A stretch of DNA of 64,000 nucleotides, taken from the IMG/VR virus record IMGVR_UViG_3300016665_000824, positions 70,297-134,296 of that record; one strand, written 5' to 3'. This stretch comes from a virus. This document shows positions 47,129 to 55,295 of this stretch, piece after piece. Numbering within the stretch: position 1 is the first letter of the stretch; every line of letters begins with the position of its first letter. The translations under genes were made by a program, and so were the position numbers. The notes beneath the pieces were generated by a model. The model searched no databases. It saw only the letters and a program-made list of their open reading frames with translations, and had not been told where the DNA came from.

Positions 47129-47567
47129 ATCTAATAGGCTCGTCTAGACCTTGATCGAGTTGCACGTAAAGTTGTTTGGTTGAGTTGGTAAGGAATTTAA
47201 GATAAGTAACCGATCCTTTCTTGCCTTCACAAAAATAGTTGGGGAATTCTTTGAGAACCTGTCTTGTTGTTTTACCTTCAAGCTTGAGGGCTTGACTCAT
47301 TGGTACAGGTATTGTCTGAGATGAAGTGGTAAGGCAATCTTCGGTGTTGCCATCGAGTACTTTTGCTAGCTGTGTCTCCGCGATCGGGCGGAGATCTACG
47401 AAGGCGAGATAGCCTTCTTCTGGAAGATTTAAAGAAATAGCGATAAGCGCACCTAGCAGCAATGCGTTTATCGCTATGTCACGTTTTTTCATTGGTTTAG
47501 CGACGCTCAGCCCTTGCTTGACGAGGAGAAAATGCCACATCGTCATTTTTTTTAGTGTTCTCGGCAA
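47001..47567 (-). CDS. hypothetical exported protein
   Basis: Signal/TM-like N-terminus; 3' part overlaps hydrolase gene in another frame (boundary uncertain). Confidence 0.35.
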   Translation of the reverse strand: MPRTLKKMTMWHFLLVKQGLSVAKPMKKRDIAINALLLGALIAISLNLPEEGYLAFVDLRPIAETQLAKVLDGNTEDCLTTSSQTIPVPMSQALKLEGKTTRQVLKEFPNYFCEGKKGSVTYLKFLTNSTKQLYVQLDQGLDEPIRYGFKPPEETPSTTKTETGGNQQRVSDRLPREARSKGDSLEKR

Positions 47568-48015
47568 CGATGTCGTTAACCTTTTTTTCTGCGATCACAC
47601 CAGTAAACTCTTTAACCGCAGAAACTCCGTTAAAAGCCCATGCGTTAGGCATTCCACCAGCTTCCGAGGTAGTGAGATAACGAGGCGTGGGATTGAAAAA
47701 ACTAAGAAGAGCCATAATGCCCATAGGAATAACCACGATCGCTGTGCATCCGTATAGAAGCGCCCATCGTTTGTTGCTCAAAACAGAGTCTATAAATGCT
47801 CTAGCGGAAACGATGATTGCCTGATGCTGATCTTTGTCGATCAAGTAAACTCTTTTACCTGATTCAAGTCCATCAACAAGACCATCACCGTTGATATCGC
47901 CACTAAAAGCCGTCTTACCTGCTTTCCCGTAAACAACAATATCGCATTCTGCTCGTTTCATTGTCATTGGTTTTCCTCCTCCACCGCCCTGTGGCGGCAT
48001 ATTTCCTGCGTTCAT
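47497..48015 (-). CDS. hypothetical membrane protein
   Basis: Gly-rich N-terminus and one TM segment (WALLYGCTAIVVIPMGIMALL). Confidence 0.4.
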   Translation of the reverse strand: MNAGNMPPQGGGGGKPMTMKRAECDIVVYGKAGKTAFSGDINGDGLVDGLESGKRVYLIDKDQHQAIIVSARAFIDSVLSNKRWALLYGCTAIVVIPMGIMALLSFFNPTPRYLTTSEAGGMPNAWAFNGVSAVKEFTGVIAEKKVNDIVAENTKKNDDVAFSPRQARAERR

Positions 48016-48018
48016 GTT

Positions 48019-49362
48019 TTAAGCCGTTCTTGGAAACAGCACTAGGTTGTCTTTACCGATCGCGAGGATTCTATCAAGAGCTTCCTCCACCGATTCTTCA
48101 GTGACTTCCGACTTCTCGGAATCAAACCTGAAGCCGTCCAGATGCTTGAGATCTGGCATTAATGCAATCTTGGGTATACCCATTGTGGTTAGCAATACTG
48201 GGCGATCGCCTTGCTTCTTAGCCATTGCGATCGCATCTCCAAGCATCCCCGCAAGAGATAATCTTTGCTGCTTATTAGGGAATAGTTTTGCATCGGCAAG
48301 AGCTGCTTCAATGGGCCTATAGCCAACATCATTCTTTTCACCCATGCGACCTAGCGCAAGAACTGAGAAGCAGCCTCGCACTGGGTCGCTGAAGCCAATT
48401 TGAGTACAAAGGTGAGTTTGCGCGACAAGAATAAGGCGAACACACATCTCTCTTCCCATAGCAACTATCTGATTGAGCATTCCAAAAAATTCTGCCTCTC
48501 TTTTTGAGGAAGCAATCATGTCTTGTAGTACCCACCACTCGTCAAGGATTAGATATTGAGGGGCAAAGACTGGGCGCTTCCCGCCTTCTCGTAATATCTT
48601 TTGTACTGCGCGAATCCTATTCTTCATGATCTTAAAGGCGCGGCTAATCTGCTCGGAAGCAGCATCAAGCTGCTCGTCTTGCGTGTCTTGATCTAAGTAG
48701 GTGACGATGCCATCTTCGCTTTGAAGCCCTAGCCAGTCCGTTGTCTTTGGATCGACAATACCGAATTTAGAAGCGGGGTTGATCTTCTTTATTCGCTGGA
48801 TAAGCGCCTTTAGCAAGGTAGACTTACCCGCGCCAGACTTGGTGGCAATCAGTACATGAAGATCTGTGTGAGCCACCTCGCCGATAATATCTCCAGTAAA
48901 CACTCCTTTCGAGTACTCGGTAACAGCTATAGGCTCTTCGTCCGTATAAGGCTCGTCATCAAACTGAGGAGGTCTAACTGCTGCTACTGGTTGAGGGCGA
49001 GGCGCGGATGTGCGCTGAACATTGGTATTGCGAATAATTACTGGGGCAGCAACTTGCTGTTGAGCGTGAGGCAGAGCTACTGGAGTCTCCTCGCCTTTGG
49101 GTTGTTCATCTTCAAGGTTGCTTGCCAAGCCGACACCTGACGCGATCGCCATGCCAAGAAAAGCCAAAGTAGCAATAGGATTATTGTAGGAACTGGGCTG
49201 AAGTACAGCCTGTTGCCCATGATCGTTAACACTTGAGTCTACCCTCCTGTATTCGTCTGCGGACTTAAATAGGACATCTCTCGGTAATACCGACCATCCA
49301 GCAGCTCCTAGCCATGCTGCACAGCTAATGCCTAATAGTAGGTTTACTGTTGACTTCTTCAT
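48019..49362 (-). CDS. membrane-anchored P-loop ATPase, FtsK/SpoIIIE/VirD4-like
   Basis: N-terminal TM segments, Pro/Gln-rich linker, Walker A TKSGAGKST, Walker B YLILDEWW. Confidence 0.55.
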   Translation of the reverse strand: MKKSTVNLLLGISCAAWLGAAGWSVLPRDVLFKSADEYRRVDSSVNDHGQQAVLQPSSYNNPIATLAFLGMAIASGVGLASNLEDEQPKGEETPVALPHAQQQVAAPVIIRNTNVQRTSAPRPQPVAAVRPPQFDDEPYTDEEPIAVTEYSKGVFTGDIIGEVAHTDLHVLIATKSGAGKSTLLKALIQRIKKINPASKFGIVDPKTTDWLGLQSEDGIVTYLDQDTQDEQLDAASEQISRAFKIMKNRIRAVQKILREGGKRPVFAPQYLILDEWWVLQDMIASSKREAEFFGMLNQIVAMGREMCVRLILVAQTHLCTQIGFSDPVRGCFSVLALGRMGEKNDVGYRPIEAALADAKLFPNKQQRLSLAGMLGDAIAMAKKQGDRPVLLTTMGIPKIALMPDLKHLDGFRFDSEKSEVTEESVEEALDRILAIGKDNLVLFPRTA

Positions 49363-50093
49363 AGCTTCTTGTTCAGTTTTCCAGCTTGGGCATTGGGGCT
49401 GGACTCGATTAGGTCTAGCCTTATTCTTTGAAGCTCGTCAAGATTGCTTCTTACTACTTCTGGAGCGGTTTCAACCAGTTCAACTCTTCCCTCGCGAGCC
49501 GCCTCAATAGCTAAAAGATTTGCGTTTGCGAGAATCATCTCCTTGGCATCTCTAGCGCGAGAAGCAGCTTGCTGGCGAGCTAGCCAAGCGTCTCGTTTTC
49601 TGTTTAGATCGCAGTCAATCCCTTTCTCGGATCGAAGGCAGTCTTTATCGTTTTTATCCTTGACCGCTTTGTTTGCGGCTTGGAGATAATCATTCGCTAG
49701 AATTTTTATTGCAGCGTCCGTGTCTTTGTCTAAGGCTGCTTTAGCACCAGCTTTCGCCTCGCTAAAACTAATCTTTTTGCCTTCTAAAGATTTTTGGAGC
49801 AACTCCTCGGATCTTTGGTCAAAGGATTTAGGAACGAAAGGATCTATTCTTTCTGCGGGTTTGGGTTGGCTGTTGACCACTGCCGCGATCGCAATAACAG
49901 TAGAGACAACGCCTAGCCCGATATATATTAAGTTTTTTGGAGTAGCCCAAGCGAGGTTCGACTGAGCGGGTGCTGTAGCTGCGGGTGTCGTGGGAGCAAG
50001 TCGGCTGGGCTGTCTTTCTGTGATTCGAGGGGTAGCGATTGGAGTATCCGCTACTTCCTCAAACTCATCTTGCATTGCGGCAGTGTCAAGCAT
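49359..50093 (-). CDS. membrane-anchored coiled-coil protein
   Basis: Pro-rich N-terminus, TM segment (IYIGLGVVSTVIAIAAVV), Lys/Ala-rich coiled coil. Confidence 0.4.
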   Translation of the reverse strand: MLDTAAMQDEFEEVADTPIATPRITERQPSRLAPTTPAATAPAQSNLAWATPKNLIYIGLGVVSTVIAIAAVVNSQPKPAERIDPFVPKSFDQRSEELLQKSLEGKKISFSEAKAGAKAALDKDTDAAIKILANDYLQAANKAVKDKNDKDCLRSEKGIDCDLNRKRDAWLARQQAASRARDAKEMILANANLLAIEAAREGRVELVETAPEVVRSNLDELQRIRLDLIESSPNAQAGKLNKKL

Positions 50094-50095
50094 AT

Positions 50096-50458
50096 CTACC
50101 TCCCCGCCGAAGGAAGAAATTGACTGATTGGGCGGTTCGTAGGAAGAAAAGGATTGTCTTCCGAGTTGTTCACGCCAGTAAAAAAATCACCGAGAACTTC
50201 TCCGCTATAGGCGATCGCGTCAGGGAGTTTTTGAATTACGTTGAGCGCAATCTGTTCTCCAACCGCAAAGGCGATCGTTCCTGCGATTTCATTGCCGACT
50301 TGAGTTCCGACTGTGCCAACCTGAGTGCGAACCTGCATTTGTACCTGTTCTGGGGTTAGAAGGGCGGACTGGGGAGCAGTAGCCCTAACATCTTCTACAG
50401 GAGTTACATCTAGCAAGGCTTGCTCTTCTTCGGTTAAATGAGCGTTATCTTTGGACAT
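50096..50458 (-). CDS. hypothetical protein
   Basis: 120-aa ORF, coupled. Confidence 0.35.
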   Translation of the reverse strand: MSKDNAHLTEEEQALLDVTPVEDVRATAPQSALLTPEQVQMQVRTQVGTVGTQVGNEIAGTIAFAVGEQIALNVIQKLPDAIAYSGEVLGDFFTGVNNSEDNPFLPTNRPISQFLPSAGR

Positions 50459-50720
50459 CTTCGTATGTACTCTCTAAAAAATCTGAACATTTTTGGTAAT
50501 TAGACAGGGCAGCTTTTTTTGTAAAACCTCTTGCTTTGAGGCTGGTCTCTTTTCCGATTGCGGCTATCTGTCTTGCAGTTTTAAGACCGCAAGGAGATTT
50601 GATTCTTACTCCTCTCTTCTTTAAAAGGCGGTATCCCCAATCCTTAAAAGTCCCAAAAGGTATGCCAATCTGCTCTGCCCACTCGTGAAGGTGGCGTTCT
50701 ACTTGGCTTGTTTGCGTCAT
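50445..50720 (-). CDS. hypothetical basic protein
   Basis: 91-aa ORF, coupled. Confidence 0.35.
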   Translation of the reverse strand: MTQTSQVERHLHEWAEQIGIPFGTFKDWGYRLLKKRGVRIKSPCGLKTARQIAAIGKETSLKARGFTKKAALSNYQKCSDFLESTYEDVQR

Positions 50721-50908
50721 AGGTCTTCAAAGTTTTCTGGAACAAGGTCGAACGAATCAAAGTTTGCGAGCTGAGATTCTACCTGTTCTAGTTCCAAGCT
50801 AAGATTCTGGGCATCTTCTCCTTGACTCTGTAACTCAGAGATAGACCTCTTAAGTTGATACTTTCTATTAAATAATGATCTAATCAACTCGTCTTGGGCG
50901 TTTTGCAT
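50717..50908 (-). CDS. hypothetical coiled-coil protein
   Basis: 63-aa ORF, first gene of coupled operon. Confidence 0.3.
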   Translation of the reverse strand: MQNAQDELIRSLFNRKYQLKRSISELQSQGEDAQNLSLELEQVESQLANFDSFDLVPENFEDL

Positions 50909-50930
50909 AAGCTTTATGGATAAATATTCG

Positions 50931-50986
50931 TCTGATTAGACTGTCCGATCACCTGTCCAATGGACATCTGATTAGACTGTCCGATC
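50931..50986. promoter_or_regulatory. two 20-bp direct repeats (TCTGATTAGACTGTCCGATC), candidate operator
   Basis: Copies at 50931-50950 and 50967-50986 in the divergent region between the operon start (50908) and RHH gene (51089). Confidence 0.45.
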
Positions 50987-51088
50987 AGAATAAAATTAGT
51001 GTACTTAAGTTATTCGCACTTGTCAACAAAATAGTAGAAACTCGTTTTGAATGCGCTAATATTGGGCAATTCAACCTATTAAGACCTT

Positions 51089-51352
51089 ATGAGCGTCACT
51101 CAGACTGCGCGTTTCCCCGATGATTTACATGCTGCATTGAAAGAACACTGCGATCGCACAGGAAATAGCGCCAACGCAGAAATAATCCTCGCAGTGCGAA
51201 AACATCTGGGTATGCCAACAGTCGAAGATCGTCTCGATAGTCTTGAAGAGGGATTGAGAAAATGTATTGATAGGTTGAATAGGCTAGAGGCTAGCGCGAT
51301 CGCCACTCAGCAATCTTCCGACACCGATATTCGGTCCAGTGCGGATGATTAG
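51089..51352 (+). CDS. ribbon-helix-helix (Arc/MetJ/CopG-type) transcriptional regulator
   Basis: N-terminal TARFPDDLHAALKEHCDRTGNSANAEIILAVRKHL fits beta-strand/helix/helix RHH pattern. Confidence 0.45.
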   Translation: MSVTQTARFPDDLHAALKEHCDRTGNSANAEIILAVRKHLGMPTVEDRLDSLEEGLRKCIDRLNRLEASAIATQQSSDTDIRSSADD

Positions 51353-51593
51353 TCGGCGTGTACCAATTTTCATATTTGTAAGTACCCTTTGACCTGTTGC
51401 AAGGCGTACAAGCTGGTACGGTATTTGCAAAGTCGTCGCTACCCGAATCATGGCGCGGAATGATATGGTCTAGTCCGTTTGCCTCGTTACCGCAGTAGGC
51501 ACATTTATAGTCAAACTCTTGGAACGTATAATCTCTAATCTTTTGCAAAACATCTTTTTTCCTAATGCAGTCAGATAGGGATATATAGAGCAT
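51291..51593 (-). CDS. HNH endonuclease
   Basis: CAYCG ... LDHIIP ... ACTPCNRSKG HNH motif; start set at ATG 51593 (ORF track 51638). Confidence 0.7.
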   Translation of the reverse strand: MLYISLSDCIRKKDVLQKIRDYTFQEFDYKCAYCGNEANGLDHIIPRHDSGSDDFANTVPACTPCNRSKGTYKYENWYTPTNHPHWTEYRCRKIAEWRSR

Positions 51594-51709
51594 ATTCAAT
51601 ACCCATGTTTTGACAATGCTGCCACAAAATTGAAACAAGTGCGGCGATCGCTACAGATTTGGCGAACCAAATATCGCTATACTGACACAAGAAGATTTTT
51701 AAAAACTAA

Positions 51710-51916
51710 ATGCTTAAGTACAAACAAGCTGAAGTGGCGATCGCTCCCAACGGTTCGTGCGAAATTCTTTGGGGAAATAACCACCCCACAATGGCTGGAA
51801 TGAAGCAAGATGTACATCTGCCTGAAGAGATCAAGGGCCACCTTGTTGCAGTAAATCAGTACGTCAGTCAGTACATTGATATCGTGACGGAGCCAGCAGA
51901 TGTCTTGGACTTATAG
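51710..51916 (+). CDS. hypothetical protein
   Basis: 68-aa ORF. Confidence 0.35.
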   Translation: MLKYKQAEVAIAPNGSCEILWGNNHPTMAGMKQDVHLPEEIKGHLVAVNQYVSQYIDIVTEPADVLDL

Positions 51917-52145
51917 AGTCTGCCGTGATTTTGAACCTAATGGGGAAGAGTTCCTCAGTATTCGCGAATGCTGGGTTAGAGAGGGCGCTTCCCCTCCCTA
52001 TAAAGACGAGGACTATACTTCTTGGTCTGCCGAGCCTATTTCTGTGGTCGGAGATAATCTTGAAGAGCTGGCATGGAAGCTAGAGAAGATGGCGATCGCT
52101 CTGAAGAAAAACATTCTTGATATACCACGCGATCGCCCTGAGTAA
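51900..52145 (+). CDS. hypothetical protein
   Basis: 81-aa ORF. Confidence 0.35.
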   Translation: MSWTYRVCRDFEPNGEEFLSIRECWVREGASPPYKDEDYTSWSAEPISVVGDNLEELAWKLEKMAIALKKNILDIPRDRPE

Positions 52146-52188
52146 ATGCACAAGAAATCCCGAAATCGTGTGCATGTTTATTCAATAT

Positions 52189-52241
52189 ACACAAGCAACC
52201 CGCCAAGCCTCTCTACGATGCTGAAACTGGCGGGTTGCTTG
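52189..52241. terminator. stem-loop between convergent genes
   Basis: cacaagcaacccgcc ... ggcgggttgcttgtg, ~14-bp stem with ~23-nt loop, followed by T-rich tgttgtg. Confidence 0.45.
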
Positions 52242-52249
52242 TGTTGTGA

Positions 52250-52633
52250 TTATACCTGAGTGGCGAAGTATTTAGAGGCGATCGCGATAAGCCTTAATTG
52301 TTCGCTGGGATAAATCCCTGAAGGTCCAACTGCCTCATATAGTCTCTTTAGCACCTCAGCTTTGCCGTACTCGGAAATCAGTAAAGCCCATCCAAGTACA
52401 TGTAGCTGGAACAAAAGCTCTTTCTGGAGCCGTTCCTTATGAGCTGTACTCTTACCCTTAAACGTCGGATGTCGAACCTCTCGTACTCGCAGCTTGTTTT
52501 TCGGGAAGGAAATGTAGAGACTTGAGGTTAGGTATTCATCTATCAGAACGAGAAGTTCTTGGCGATCTTTTTGTAAGAGTTCTGCTTGCATAGACATACT
52601 CAAAAACCTTTGTATTTCTGCCAAGAAGTCCAA
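52250..52633 (-). CDS. hypothetical protein
   Basis: 127-aa ORF. Confidence 0.4.
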   Translation of the reverse strand: MDFLAEIQRFLSMSMQAELLQKDRQELLVLIDEYLTSSLYISFPKNKLRVREVRHPTFKGKSTAHKERLQKELLFQLHVLGWALLISEYGKAEVLKRLYEAVGPSGIYPSEQLRLIAIASKYFATQV

Positions 52634-53190
52634 AGGTTTTTTACTTCAATACCCTTTTTCTTGGCATATTTCACACAGTTAGCCGTACCACCTCTCGACC
52701 CGTCCCATAGTGCGAGCATTCTGTTAGCCCGATCGCACATCCACTCATTCCTAATCTGCATCGCCGCAGCCGAGTATGGCACATCAGGGCAATGCACGGC
52801 GATCGCCTTGTCGCAGATATACTGCCATTGGTCTTGCTGCGACTGACTCCACTTAAATGAGTGGTTTAAGCAAGGTACTGCGGCGACGAGAGGTATTTCT
52901 AATTCGATCGCTGCTAATGCGATCGCGGTGTCCCATCCCAAAGCCATGCCAGAAATAACAATTACAGGTCTTTCTTGCATCAAGGCATTCTTAGCAAGGG
53001 TAGTAAGTCTGGGCAGGGTTAAGGATTCGTATTGACTCCACGTACTTTGCAGCTTCTGGGGGCGATGTCCTGTGCCAGCAACGACTAATTGCCCGTCGGT
53101 AAGATCGAGTTTAATGTCGGAGGAGTCTGATTCGCTACCTATAGGAATATTAACTTGGAGCCAGTGATCGGTGATTGATATTGTTTTCAT
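52600..53190 (-). CDS. SLOG-superfamily protein (DUF1273/YpsA- or DprA-like Rossmann fold)
   Basis: VVAGTGHRP, VIVISGMALGWDTAIALAA and GSRGGTANCV motifs. Confidence 0.4.
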   Translation of the reverse strand: MKTISITDHWLQVNIPIGSESDSSDIKLDLTDGQLVVAGTGHRPQKLQSTWSQYESLTLPRLTTLAKNALMQERPVIVISGMALGWDTAIALAAIELEIPLVAAVPCLNHSFKWSQSQQDQWQYICDKAIAVHCPDVPYSAAAMQIRNEWMCDRANRMLALWDGSRGGTANCVKYAKKKGIEVKNLWTSWQKYKGF

Positions 53191-53465
53191 TCTAAAATCC
53201 CTGCGCTTACTAGGTCTGGTTTTAGATCTCTGACGGCTTCGCTCATGGTTTTTACGATTTTATTTCGTTTCACCAAGAGGGATCTAATCTCGCCTGCTTT
53301 GGTTGTTGAGTCGTATAGAGCGAACCTCCCCCCTTGCAAGAGTTCGTCAGCGATCGCTTCAAATTCTGCGGACAAAACCCTGAAGTCCTCAGCTAAAAGC
53401 TTTGCCTCGGCAACAGCTTCTAGAAACTCGTCAAGTCTCTCAAGCCTCCAGTCTTTTTGTGTCAT
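53187..53465 (-). CDS. hypothetical protein
   Basis: 92-aa ORF. Confidence 0.35.
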   Translation of the reverse strand: MTQKDWRLERLDEFLEAVAEAKLLAEDFRVLSAEFEAIADELLQGGRFALYDSTTKAGEIRSLLVKRNKIVKTMSEAVRDLKPDLVSAGILE

Positions 53466-53836
53466 TGCTTCTTAAAACCTTCAAAAGGGATATAAGGCTC
53501 TTGCTCCATCCACTGCTTAAGGCGATCGCGGGCAAAAGCTTCTCGATATTGCGGTGGAACAAGACTAACTTCCTGTGCTGCTGCTTCGTACTTGTCTAAC
53601 TCGGCGATCGCATCATCAGCCGACATTCTCCCAAACAGTACTTCCTGATTAAGTAACGCATACTGAAGTTCGTACATTAATTCAGGATCTGTGGGCGTAT
53701 ATTCGGGAACAAGCTTGGACAGGTCTTCAATCGCACTGCACCAGTGTTGGTCGCTGGAGCAAGGTGCATCATCGGCTTTGACTCGTGACCATAACAAGTT
53801 GACAAGGATTAATTCGAGTTGTTTAGGATCTGCCAT
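53462..53836 (-). CDS. hypothetical protein
   Basis: 124-aa ORF. Confidence 0.4.
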   Translation of the reverse strand: MADPKQLELILVNLLWSRVKADDAPCSSDQHWCSAIEDLSKLVPEYTPTDPELMYELQYALLNQEVLFGRMSADDAIAELDKYEAAAQEVSLVPPQYREAFARDRLKQWMEQEPYIPFEGFKKQ

Positions 53837-54344
53837 GTGGGTAATACGAAAAACTATTGGGGAATATAGAACCTATTAGCAAGGAAATACCTGTATCGAC
53901 GTAGTTGCAAATAGCAAATACTTCTTTCTTATTTAGGTCTAAGAATGGCAAGTCTTCCTTGAGAAACGCCTCAATACGCTTGGTAAAGATTACGCAGTTA
54001 TCGGGGCAAAAACGCTCAATATTGCCTGCGTCTACTGCTATATATCTTTTATGGTCGGCAAAGAAGAAGCTTTGGGCGTTATAAGCGCTACCAAAGTCAA
54101 TAACCGTCCAGTGCGTCGGGATTATCTTGGATAAGTAGTAGTAAGTATCGACAAACCCAAGAAAGCTTGGTTCGATATCGACGTATTCTTGGTTGAACAC
54201 GCGATCGCCCTGCTCTTTAGGCAGCAAAGCCAACAGTTTGGCATTGATCGATTCAGCTTCTTGCCAGCGAAGGGCATTGTCATTAGGTATTATCATCGTC
54301 ATACTCCTCACGATCGCGTGCTTCTTGTTCTTGGTAGCCACCAA
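53823..54344 (-). CDS. hypothetical protein
   Basis: 173-aa ORF. Confidence 0.4.
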   Translation of the reverse strand: MVATKNKKHAIVRSMTMIIPNDNALRWQEAESINAKLLALLPKEQGDRVFNQEYVDIEPSFLGFVDTYYYLSKIIPTHWTVIDFGSAYNAQSFFFADHKRYIAVDAGNIERFCPDNCVIFTKRIEAFLKEDLPFLDLNKKEVFAICNYVDTGISLLIGSIFPNSFSYYPHGRS

Positions 54345-54522
54345 AAGTCAGCAACATCCCACGGATTACGGACAGATTAACTTCATTGGATGAATACTTT
54401 TTAGTCGGGAGGGATTCTTCTAAGTGATCAAGGGTGTCCCGAACCCTGTAAATTAGCCGCAGCCACTCAGGAATTTCTAGAATTATTGCTGACGCGATCG
54501 CGTAAAGGACTATTAGGTTCAT
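54283..54522 (-). CDS. hypothetical protein
   Basis: 79-aa ORF, overlaps neighbour. Confidence 0.3.
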   Translation of the reverse strand: MNLIVLYAIASAIILEIPEWLRLIYRVRDTLDHLEESLPTKKYSSNEVNLSVIRGMLLTFGGYQEQEARDREEYDDDNT

Positions 54523-54942
54523 TTACAGAAGCTCCTTAGAGAAGAAAGTTGTTTCTTTAGCCACGTCGATATCGACAGGATGAAGACCAACCGCCAACGA
54601 CTCTAAAGCCTCACTCGCGTTACTAGGATCTACTACCCACGTTTTTGCGTCAACTTCGGGCACTTGAGACCAGTATCTTTGCAACCACTTTAACCAGCCG
54701 TTGCGAGAAAACGGTTTAGGCGGATCGATTGCCGCCAATTTTTCAACAGCTTCTTTTACAAGGATCGCATCCTCTTCTAGGCTTGCTGAGTCAATCCAGA
54801 AACCGCATTTTTTGCAGTAAACAATATAGTTGCCACTGCGCTTTGAGATCTGAATCCCCAAAGAAATGGTCTTGCGAGCAAATCCTTGACTAACTTTTCC
54901 GTAGTTAGGATCGATCGCTTTCCGTCTTTTAGCTTCACCCAT
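54523..54942 (-). CDS. hypothetical protein
   Basis: 139-aa ORF with CKKCG pattern. Confidence 0.4.
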   Translation of the reverse strand: MGEAKRRKAIDPNYGKVSQGFARKTISLGIQISKRSGNYIVYCKKCGFWIDSASLEEDAILVKEAVEKLAAIDPPKPFSRNGWLKWLQRYWSQVPEVDAKTWVVDPSNASEALESLAVGLHPVDIDVAKETTFFSKELL

Positions 54943-55192
54943 TAAATTTCTCCCTTGATGTTAATTCGTATAGTCCCATCTCTTCAGTTATCCTAACCAA
55001 CTCACTCAAAGCGTCCATCCTCGCAACCTTCTCCTTGGCTCGCTCAACTTCTTCAAGCATTTCACCATAGGCGAATGGTTCGTATTGCTCAATCGCCTTT
55101 GCGAGGCGATCGCGATCTAATTCATCCAAGGCAGACTTAAATTTGAGATAGGCGATCGCCTCGTTTAGATTGCTTGGTAGTTGGGTTCTCAT
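54935..55192 (-). CDS. hypothetical protein
   Basis: 85-aa ORF. Confidence 0.35.
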   Translation of the reverse strand: MRTQLPSNLNEAIAYLKFKSALDELDRDRLAKAIEQYEPFAYGEMLEEVERAKEKVARMDALSELVRITEEMGLYELTSREKFNG

Positions 55193-55295
55193 TGCGATAC
55201 CACTTATTTATTATTAAAAAATACATAGAAGAAATGCGGCAATTCATATTAAATGAATTACGCTCAACTCCTGAAAAGTGCAAGATATTTCGTAG

